Below are positions 42,757 to 52,380 of a stretch of 64,000 bases of DNA, one piece after another. Where the stretch lies: NCBI RefSeq assembly GCF_008831285.2, contig NC_045138.2, positions 35,898,001-35,962,000 on the forward strand. The letters are read 5' to 3'. Both the position numbers and the translations under genes were made by a program. The notes below the pieces were generated by a model that worked only from the letters and a program-made list of their open reading frames with translations, did no database searches and was not told the origin of the DNA. Position 1 is the stretch's first letter, and each line of letters begins with the position of its first letter. The DNA comes from Nymphaea colorata. Its lineage: Eukaryota.

Positions 42757-43083
42757 TCAATGAGTACATATCCAACAAAGAAAACATGTAATCACAAAAC
42801 AAGTAATCCAACATTTCTGGCTGCACTTTCGTTCTTCAAACTTCGTGTCTTCTATATCTTGTTTTGCGATGACATCTTCAATGAGTGGAGACCTACGTAC
42901 TTGCACACCATATTTGTTCTGGAGATACTCATGCATGTGATTTTCTGCTACTTGTAATGAATCAAATGATCTGAAGATGGCACCCTTGTACCGATAGACT
43001 AATGGTTGGCACCGCTCCCAGCTGTCATATATGCCTCGCTCACGTCCTTCGAAAACCACATAGTACTTTTGGCGGGGCATCAT
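42757..43083 (-). CDS. 108-aa protein: RNase H1 N-terminal hybrid-binding (Cauli_VI-like) domain plus hydrophobic Cys-rich C-terminal tail; third ORF of the Harbinger element
   Basis: KYYVVFEGRERGIYDSWERCQPLVYRYKGAIFRSFDSLQVAE matches the YYxVxxGRxxGIYxxWxxCxxxVxxxxGAxxKSFxxxxxA pattern by eye; tail CWITCFVITCFLCWIC; no RNase H catalytic domain. Confidence 0.8.
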   Translation of the reverse strand: MMPRQKYYVVFEGRERGIYDSWERCQPLVYRYKGAIFRSFDSLQVAENHMHEYLQNKYGVQVRRSPLIEDVIAKQDIEDTKFEERKCSQKCWITCFVITCFLCWICTH

Positions 43084-44503
43084 CTTCGTTGTCCTGTTGA
43101 AAAGAAAACAAATGTCAGACAATCAAACAGAAGAAGTTGTCAACATTTATAAACAAACTTACTATTCAATTGATAATCTGTAAACATTTGAGATGATATA
43201 GCTGCTCTCAAAGCATTGTTGCTTCATCGCTGATGTGTTTGGCTTGCAATTTCAGGTTCGCTTAAGACGAAGTTATCAATCGAAGGTGCATCTTCATCAT
43301 CAAATTGCTCGGCATTTGGATTGTGTTCAATTATGAAGTTGTGCAGTACACATGTAGCAAGAACAATTTGAGCTTGTTTTTGGAAAGGATACTGAACTTG
43401 CATTTTCAATATTGGAAAACGACCTTTCAACATGCCGAAAGTTCTTTCTACTGTATTTCGGAGTGATGAATGCCTATGGTTGAATAATTCTTCTTCTGTT
43501 CTAGGTGAACGTGCTCCCCGAGTGTTAAACTCAGACATATGATAACGATGTCCTCGATAAGGTGTAAGCAAACCAACAATGTTTGGATACCCCCCATCAG
43601 CCAGATAAAATTTGCCTACAATTGAACACAATTTATTTATAGATTGATACATGCTTCTTAATAAAAGACTGAACTAGTTGGTGGAACTACGTACCTTCTG
43701 GGACAACAAATGGGTCTGTTTCATGATCTAGTGCATTGTACAATACTCTTGAGTCTGTTGCACTTCCTTCCCATCCAGCCAAAACGTAGTGGAATCTAGT
43801 ATCTAGACCGACTACACTCATGACGTTTTGAGAAACAAAACCTTTTCTATTGCGAAACCTTGCTTGATCTGAAAAAGGGACCCAAGCAGGTATATGTGTG
43901 CCATCGATTGCTCCTAAACAATTCTATATGACAAGGCAACTAGTTAGTCATGTTGTAGTTTGTCATGTTGTATGTGTCATGTTGAGTTCAAGATGATGAA
44001 ACTACCTCAAAATATGGAAAGAATCGTTTAGAATGTCGAATATGTGCTGGCATCATCTCATCATTGGGCCGGCGAACGTAATCCTTACCCAGTATACATA
44101 TCGCTCGTAGCACTAGGCTGACATATTTACTTATTGTTTGTCCGGAATGTTGAAACGTATTTTAAACAGCACGATTCCGTTCATTATGTCCAATTGTCAA
44201 AAGCAATATAGCTACTTGTTTTTCTACTGTAATGTCACGAGCATCCTCCAACAAATTTCTATTCCTTAGAATGTTATATAGTCTCATATATGTATGTCCT
44301 TCCATACAGAGTAAGTCCAAACAATTTCTAGGATGACCGCGAAGCATTAGTTGGACAAAAGATGTACCAGCATCTCGAAATGGATGAACAATCCTCCTAG
44401 ATGATGGTCGGTCTTTCAACCAAAAGAAGATGAAGACAAAAACCATTCGAATGATGAAAAGCACTCGTTCATCGTCGTCATCGAACATGTCAAAATCAAT
44501 CAT
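43080..44503 (-). pseudogene. Harbinger/PIF DDE transposase (DDE_Tnp_4, HARBI1/ALP1-like), ~397 codons, two in-frame stops
   Basis: Exons 44503-44006, 43923-43695, 43615-43163 and probable 43093-43080. Motifs CLGAIDGTHI, GWEGSATD, YLADGGY, FNHRHSSLRNTVERTFG. In-frame stops TAA 44164-44162 and TGA 43226-43224. Confidence 0.9.
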
Positions 44504-44680
44504 TTCGACTAAACTGCATATACATGTAAGGTACTTGAATAACAAAATCAATCATTTCGACTAAACTGCATATACATGTAAGGTACTTGAATAACAAAAT
44601 CAATCATTTCGACTAAACTGCATATACATGTAAGGTACTTGAATAACAAAATCAATTATTTCGACTAAACTGCAAATACA
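44491..44680. repeat. 52-bp tandem repeat, ~3.6 copies
   Basis: Unit CAAAATCAATCATTTCGACTAAACTGCATATACATGTAAGGTACTTGAATAA at 44491, 44543, 44595 and a partial copy at 44647. Confidence 0.9.
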
Positions 44681-44796
44681 TTGCAACAATTTCTCACTAC
44701 ATGGATGTTCATGGAATAAAAAGAAAAACACACAACAAATGTTATTGTGCCAAATGAAACATACAAATAATTAAACTAATAGACATGGAATCTTAC

Positions 44797-45753
44797 CTAC
44801 AAATCACCAAGTCTACGCGACAACCATGTCAGCCGGTCTTCAGGTGGAACGTTGAGAAAGATCATGGAATTGGTTCCCTCTCCTAACAGGTCCAGACTCA
44901 TCAGTCTCGTATGACTATCTAGTAGCCCTGTGTCCACCATCTCTTGTAAAATTTTACAACATTTGACATATTGAAACCCTCTAGAAGTATGTGTGAGGGA
45001 GTCCACATTTTTAGCTATACCGTTCAACAAATTGTAATACATGTCATTATTGGTAGACTTGTTCCGTTTTGACCTACGTGTACTTGTATTGGTTGTCGGA
45101 TTCTCAGTTGTAGGAGTTGTAGGTAGTGGCGACTGTGTAAATGACTGTTCACTATCAGGCTGCATGTACGAAGGTGATGTCTGAGATGCAGGTGTACATG
45201 GGAGTGGTTCAGTCTCAGCTTCAAGCACGTTGTTTAATGTGACTGCGTTTTGCCCAGTTGCATGAGATTCGCCATATACCTCGGCGAACTCATCATAGTA
45301 TCTCCAGACTTTTGGACCTCTGTACTTTTTCCTATTCGGATATTTCTGAAAAAATTCATGTGTTCAAATATTGCAGAAGCAAATACATGTGAGACAAAAC
45401 CTAACAATATTAATTTTATAATTTACCTCAATGTAGTCGTTCCATACTTGGGGGTCGACCTCAATGCATTTGTTAATTGGGTCGTAGCCAAACCCACTTG
45501 TGTTCAACATTTCCTTCATCACTGTCAAGTTGGGTTTGAAATACTTCAATTTGTTTTTTATTTTGTCTTTCGTGAATTCTGGACCGAATCTATCCATCAT
45601 TGCTTTTTCAATAGCTGTGTATGCTTTGGGCTTCAAACCTCCGCCGGATTTCATGCCAGGGATGCGTGACTGCTCCACAAGAAGCTGGACTAAGTAATCC
45701 ATTTGTGGTTCAGTCCACGTAAGATTTTCTCTTGAAGGACCGTTGTCTTCCAT
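44797..45753 (-). CDS. Harbinger ORF1, Myb/SANT-like DNA-binding protein, 2 exons, 291 aa, intact
   Basis: Exons 45753-45427 and 45345-44797 in phase 0; motifs NLTWTEPQMDYLVQLL, IKNKLKYFK, SGFGYDP, WNDY, YGESHATG typical of plant Myb_DNA-bind_3 Harbinger proteins. Confidence 0.9.
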
Positions 45754-47236
45754 GTTAACGTTTTGTATAATAATTCTTCACAGTAACAGTAATATAAATC
45801 TAGCATGAAGAACAGTTGTACGATAAAGAACGACAAAGGAGCATCAGAAACCAAAAGAAAAAGCATGACATAAAGTTCCCACCATTGCCAATGTGGTGCA
45901 TAAGTAGACCTTTCATACACAGAAAAGAAAGGAAATTCATCTCAAGCTATGCTAATTACGCAATTATGATCTTACAATCCATATGTGCAGAAAATGGGTT
46001 TCCAATAACTAAACTTCACTCAAGCTATCTCAAAATTACCACCACATTCAGAAATTTGGAGTTCAGAAATAGATTCCCAATGAGGCTCCATGGCAAGAAG
46101 TTGATTCAAAAATTATTCTGCTCGCCACATTTCAAAGTTCACAACCACTTCGGCAATTCACAGAAGTTTAGAGAAAAATGCATGGCATTATCTTCAACTA
46201 GATAACAATGGACAAGCTCAAAGACACTTTAAACAGAAGCACATGGTATTAACTCCAAACAGAACTTCAAAATATGCAATCAATAGGGAGTAAATATGCT
46301 GGAGAACAAGATTGACCACATTCAAATGTTGAATCAACCATACAGGGAAATGTTCGCTCAGGAACCTAGAAAAATAACACAATGATTTGCCTGGAAGACG
46401 ACAGACATTTATAAAATAACAGTTATCCTGTGGGCAGCTACACATACCCACTTCCTATAATTTTTGAATGATGAGGTAAATTAGCACAAAAAATTTAATA
46501 AGATCCTCTGTTACTTTATATAAATGAAAAAGAAAGGACATAGCAGCAGCAAAACCAAGAAGACATAAGCTTCAGATAAAACAAGATAGATCCCAGCACC
46601 TACATTCACAATATTCCAGCTTATCTAGTTTTCTTCATGAGAAGACGTCCCCTTATTCACTTACAAGGCCCCTTGATCACACTATAATGCTTTAGTGCTC
46701 AAGATTGTGAATGTTGGTTTTCAGACAGAGACAGGGACTATCGCAGGTTTCAAGAAAACTGAAAATCACTCGGCACTGTTACAAATATTGGTAATACCAG
46801 GTTCCACATTAGCAATATGGCGAGCATGGTTTTTGATCTCAAAATCAACACCCCACCACTCCTGCCAAACATAATCAATGCCCACTGTATACAGATATCT
46901 CACCAAGAACAAAGAGTGAAAAGGCGTGGGGTCACAGAGCAGAAACAGCAAGAAAGATGAAATTGTTCTCCATTTCCATTCTCTAAATAAAATAACACCA
47001 AGATCAAAAACTTCGAAGTAAACTGCAGAACCTCAAGAACGATAAGGATAACTACAATTCTTCTATTACTTAGCAGCTCGTTTACACAGACAGCCGCAAA
47101 TAAGAACGATAAGAAATGTGAACACCCAACAAGAGAAACAAAACATGAAATTAAAGAAAAAAACACAAAAGAACCACACAAATCAAAGATACAAAAAGCG
47201 GAAATGGAGGAGTGAAGATTATGGCGTCTGAGGGAA

Positions 47237-47303
47237 CTACCCAGCACAGAGAAAGGGGGGAAATGTGCGGAAGAAAGGGGGGAAATGTGGGCAGCTAGCG
47301 ACG

Positions 47304-47339
<36 letters not shown>

Positions 47340-47554
47340 CAGAGAGATATACCGGCATAAAAATGTCCGACGGCGGCCGGTTGAGGGTGTTGCGACGGTC
47401 GACGGTGAGACCTGGCAGTGAGAAGGCACGAGGGAGGAAAAAATGGGGGCGTTTGAGGGGGGAAAAAAATGGGGGCATTTGAAGGTGCTACCCAGCACAG
47501 AGAAAGGGGGAAAATGTGCGGAAGAAAGGGGGGAAATGTGGGCAGCTAGCGACG

Positions 47555-47600
<46 letters not shown>

Positions 47601-47695
47601 TATATATATACCGGCAGAAAAACCTCCGACGCCGGCCGCTTGAGGGTCTTGCGACAGTCGACGGTGAGACCTGGCAGAGAGAAGGCACGAGGGAA
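47237..47695. repeat. ~250-bp tandem duplication with (GA)n microsatellites inside the Harbinger right end
   Basis: CTACCCAGCACAGAGAAAGGGGG... unit starts near 47237 and at 47488; both copies contain (GA)n and GTCGACGGTGAGACCTGGCAG. Confidence 0.85.
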
Positions 47696-48634
47696 GAGGA
47701 GTTGCGGAGGGAGGTCGAGCGTTGCGGAGACTTCGAACGCTGTGGAGGGAGGTCGAGCGTTGCGGAGGGACTTCGAGTGCTGCAGCAGAATAGCATGATG
47801 GGTATATTTCGAGCGGGTGGAATTCCACCCGCTCCCTCTTCGGTTAAACGGGTGGAATTCCACCCCGTTTGATGGCTTCTCAACCGGGGGGGTGAAATTT
47901 CACCCGCCCGTACAAATTTTTCCTCCCCCGCCCACTTTCACCTGCCCATCAAACGGGCCCTAAAGAACGCGACCACCACCAGCGGCTTGATTCTTTTTCT
48001 AACCTATGCCTTCTTCATCTTGGGCGGCCAGCAGATGTCAATTATGAAGCCACTCAACGCCACTCCAAGACTCATCCACCTTCCCGCAGCTATATTTCGA
48101 CTGTGGGATGATCTTGGTACCTCCCAAGTATGATGGTGCCCATCTCTTTGAAATATATCTCTCTCTCTCTTTCTCTAATGTAATCTTCTTGTGGTGTTTT
48201 TATCAGGATGAAAAAGATCGAGGATATGATGCTTCCTACATAGAGTTCTATATAAAGGAGAACGACGTTTAGGAAGAATGCGCACGCAAGGAAACTTTGA
48301 ATTTGATTGGCGATGCGTGGAAGAAGCTGAACCAGGCGAGCTTGCAAAGTGGTCTTCATGATTTTCCTCCTGCCTTCATCAGGCTTGCCCTTAATTGTGC
48401 TCGCGTGGGGCAGCTGTTATATGCGTTTGGCAAAGACGATCGGCAAACAACCATCAAGGAACACATTAGGAAGATGCTTATTGAAAAAATTCATGTTTGA
48501 CGGCGGCCACTAGCGTGTCATGGATAGAATTTTTCATCAAACATAAAACGAGAAAATTGAGGACCTGACAGCAACTTGGTTGGCTTCATGTAGACCGTCT
48601 CCCAAGGCCATGACACTGTGTTCCATGTAAGCCC

Positions 48635-49470
48635 TGTTGAAAAAATAAAAAAAAGTAAAACAAATAAGAACAAGCTTAAAAAACTTGTTTTTGCATGGTT
48701 TTTCACCAAGGCCATCGTAGCCTTAGTTACATAGACCAGCTTAAATTGTTAAAGTTCCTTTAATCTTGACAATGATAAATTTAGGAAATTAAATTTGATT
48801 TTTGTGGAAAGATTCCTTTATCATTAATTTTGATTGATCTTGTTGTGATTCTCTTCTTTAATCTCTCTAAAACGGTTGCTTTTCAACCTTATCATTAACA
48901 TCTTCTCTAAAAAAACTGGACGATGAATCTAAAAGTCCAAGTTTGCTGCAGAACTTTGTAAAAGGTAACCATGTCATCTTTTTGGTAGTGATTGGACGAA
49001 CCCAAATTTGCTTCATGAAGTTTTTGTGAAGGTAGATCGTGCTTTGGCAGAGATTCAGAAATCACAAGTTTGACTCCTCAATATTTTCTCTACATGATCG
49101 TGTTCTTGTTTTGGTGAAGAAGGCAACGAGGCATTTTGTCATATGTAGGCCAAGACTTCATTCTTCTTCATCAAGCATTCTACTACTCTGATAACATGTT
49201 GAAAAAATAAAAAAGAAACAGAACAAATAAAAACAAGCAATCAAAAACTTATTTTCATTAAATGTGCATGGTTTTTCACTATGGAAGGCCATCACGAGCC
49301 TTGGTTAAATGATACCTAGAACGAGCTTAAATAGTTGAAGTTCCTGTAATCTTGACAAGAATAAGCATGAGAAGCTAAATCTGATTTTTGTGAAAGTGTT
49401 TTCATTTTCCTTTATCATTAATTTTAATTGTTCTCTTTTGAACGGTTACCTTTAAACTTTATCGTTAACA
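48635..49470 (-). mobile_element. TRIM (miniature non-autonomous LTR retrotransposon), 836 bp
   Basis: Direct repeats 48635-48900 and 49197-49470, each TGTTGA...TTAACA. On the - strand a PBS-like TGTTATCAGAGT (tRNA-Met consensus TGGTATCAGAGC) follows the 5' LTR and a purine tract AGAGAAGA precedes the 3' LTR. Decayed TSD AGCCC/AACTC; empty site near 61940. Confidence 0.82.
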
Positions 49471-49822
49471 AACTCATACAGTACTTCATGATTAGTACAT
49501 ATTTAATATGATCAATCATTCCCAACCACTTCTTTAGAGCAACCTTCTCTTCCATATCCGGGCCATCTGTGCAACTTCGCCAAATAGATATGCTTACTTT
49601 GAGTCAATACAAATCAACATGTCTCATTGGGGTGAAAAGATGAGAAGAGGCAAAGGATAAATGTATGCCAATTAATTGCTCACTTGAGTAATCTTCCGAG
49701 ATCCTCTTTCTGCCTCATTAGGGTAGAGAAAGAAAGAGCAGCACACTGCACACACTTATATATCCAGCTTGAAGTTTCTTATTATTTTTAGTCAACTTTG
49801 TGTGTGTATATATATATATATT

Positions 49823-51004
49823 ACATCTGTGGAGCCGCTTCACCACTGCATGAACTTGTGCTTTGTGGCCACAAATTAATGAAACGTGCGAGAGGAAAAC
49901 AACGTTTTCTTGAATACGCAAAACTAGCATCCCACCTTCGAGAAATTACTTTTAATGTTCATGTATTCATCAACATTTCATCAATTTAGTTTGAACATAA
50001 CAAAGGGAGTCACTTCACCAAAATTAATTTCTCTATAAATTGTCATCAATTAATGAGTGACCAATCCAGGAGGTTTAATTGTAAATATGGGGATTTTGCT
50101 TCTAAATATTCCTTTTTATGCAAGCTTGTGCATGCTACAACTGCTATTGATTAGTGTCCCCAAAAGTGAAAAACGTAAACAAGCATTTTGTCACTTCGCA
50201 TTAACGTTACAGAGAACACCAATGTCTTTGCATTGAACGATATGATTGTATATCTTAAACCATTTACATACGTCACAGTCGTTTGATGCAGCTTTATAAT
50301 AATCTTAGAGCTTTTATTCCAGCTGATCGTTGATGGCCCCAAATGACCAGCACTACTAAGGTGGTTTAATTTTGAAACTTCCAGTGGGGGTCTCTCTGCA
50401 ATGCGTTTCTGCAGGAGGCGAGATGGTTGAGATTGTAGGATGCTCCAACTGCAAACGAGTACCTAAAGAACGCGACCACCACCAGCGGCTTTGATTCTTT
50501 ATCAAACCTATGCCTACTTCATCTTGGGCGGCCAGCAGATGTCAATTATGAAGCCGCTCAACGCCACTCCAAGCCTCATCCACCTTCCTGCAGCTATATT
50601 TCGACTGTGGGATGATCTTGGTACCTCCCAAGTATGATGGCACCCATCTCTCTGAGATATCTCTCTCTCTCTCTCTCTCTTTCTCTAATGTAATCTTCTT
50701 GTGGTGTTTTTATCAGGATGAAAATGATCGAGGATATGATGCTTCCTACATAGAGTTCTATGTAAAGGAGAACGACGTTTCGAAAGAATGCGCACGCAAG
50801 GAAACTTTGAATTTGATTGGCGATGCGTGGAAGAAGCTGAACCAGGCAAGCCTACAAAGTGGTCTTCATGATTTCCCTCCTGCCTTCGTCAGGCTTGCCC
50901 TTAATTGTGCTCGCGTGGGGCAGCTGTTATATGCGTTTGGCAAAGACGATCAGCAAACGACCATCGAGGAACACATTAGAAATACATTAGAAATAAGCTT
51001 ATAG
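49823..51004 (+). pseudogene. TPS 3' fragment (piece of exon 4, exons 5-6)
   Basis: Exon-4 remnant near 49823-49870 fused to intron sequence; exon 50385-50631 with a +1 frameshift near 50490 (RLWDDLG); exon 50717-51004. Confidence 0.88.
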
Positions 51005-51341
51005 AAAAAATTCATGTGCCGGCGTGTCATGGATGGCATTATTGATGAATATTATACATAGTTTGGAAAGACAAAATCTTTTCTTTTACAAATTAGGGTT
51101 CTTTACCTCCTGGCCACAGAAAAGCACCAGATTTGACCCATACCAGATTGTGCCCTTCCTCCTCAGCAAGACAAAAATCCAAATCTGCCCAATTAACAAT
51201 GGTAAGGTGCTGAATTGACGATGGTATGATTGATGCATGACAAAGCTAGTGAGATTATATTGGCCAGAGGTCCAAGACACTGGTGTCACACACCAAAATA
51301 TCAAATTTTTCGTTTTCTTTCTTTAATTGTCAGCATACGAG

Positions 51342-51667
51342 CTATGTCACAGCATACTAGCTATGTCACATGGTATGGGATGTGAGTGCGGGTGCCACCG
51401 GAGCGGGATGCGGCAAGTTCTAAAAAAACATTGGGTACGGGAGCGGCATATATATATATATATATATATTATTTGTTATATAAATAATTTTATTTGTTCA
51501 TATTTTAAACTTTTTTTTTAAAGGTTACCTTGAATTGTTATATCGATGAAAACTTGGCCAAAACATTTTTTAAAATGACCAAAACACATTTAACACCGCC
51601 AGCACCCACACCAATGTTGGTGCGGGTGGAGGTGCGCCACCATAGTTGGTGCACCCGTGTGACATAG
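51342..51667. mobile_element. hAT-type MITE
   Basis: TIR CTATGTCACA / TGTGACATAG; perfect 8-bp TSD CATACGAG (51334-51341, 51668-51675); 19-bp duplication at the left end. Confidence 0.85.
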
Positions 51668-52251
51668 CATACGAGAGACTGAGAGAGGCCAGTCATGTAT
51701 CAGCCTTTTGTTGAAGATGATGTCTGCTCTTGCTCTTACTGTTTTCCCATTGTTTTTTTTTTGAACTCTTTATGTTTTTTTAATGCTGCTCTATCTTGTC
51801 TTGTATTTTCCTTTTTCGAACGTTTTAGGTAACCGATTCTCGGTTTTTTTGGATGATCGGGTCCGATCCGATCGGTTTACATCCATACACAAAGAAGCCA
51901 TTGTTATGTTCACCCACCGCCTTCTGCGACAGATGGACTCCCTATACATACAAGAGAAGCTGTTTGTTTGGGGTACTGGTTACGTTATATATAGACATCC
52001 AATATCCTCATTTCGATCACCACCCGGTACTGTCGTTATTTCGCCTCTCCTTCCACAGTACTCTCTCCATTTCACTGAGCTTCTTTTGCACTTCGATCCT
52101 CACAGCCCAGGCCAGCCAAAAAGCCTTTTGATCCCTTACTTCTCCTGTTGATAAAATGAGTCGCTTCTTCTGCATTTCCTCTCCTCAAACTAATTACCAT
52201 CTTTCAAGTCCTTTATCAATTACTTCTCCTCCTCTTAATAAGAGGCCGCCA

Positions 52252-52380
52252 ATGGCTTGCAACTTCCCCATCACCAGAAATGAGGAATTGAAGGAGAAAG
52301 TAAGGAGAAAACTCATGGCTACGAACAATGCGTTGGAGCTCATCAAATCTGTCGATTCCCTCCACCGCTTCGACATCATT
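52252..52380 (+). pseudogene. TPS N-terminal relic
   Basis: MACNFPITRNEELKEKVRRKLMATNNALELIKSVDSLHRFD aligns by eye with the start of the 38604/58804 genes; similarity then ends. Confidence 0.75.

Larger units (their letters stand above)
42004..47960 (-). mobile_element. PIF/Harbinger DNA transposon, 5957 bp, inserted in a TPS exon
   Basis: TIR GGGCCCGTTTGATGGGCAG(A/G)TGAAA (19 perfect, 24/25); TAA TSD at 42001-42003 and 47961-47963; empty sites GAGTACCTAAAGAACGCG in paralogs near 50460 and 61280; Myb and DDE genes inside. Confidence 0.97.
38604..48500 (+). pseudogene. TPS: Terpene synthase pseudogene (paralog of 58804-61825)
   Basis: Exons 38604-38888, 39696-40068, 40207-40428 (DDFFD), 40808-40952, 41922-48127 (split by Harbinger), 48207-48500. 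Lesions: 2-nt insertion near 38799, Harbinger insertion at 42004, TCG>TAG at 48270. Confidence 0.92.

Noticed and set aside
44491..44680. CRISPR-like array
   Set aside because: Head-to-tail repeats with no unique spacers, in a eukaryotic transposon.
46900..47883. Overlapping ORFs of 105-192 aa
   Set aside because: Products of (GA)n microsatellites and GC-rich duplicated leader sequence.
49823..51004. Downstream duplicate of TPS exons 5-6 as a splicing bypass around the Harbinger insertion
   Set aside because: The duplicate has a +1 frameshift near 50490, and exon 1 of the host gene is already frameshifted near 38799.
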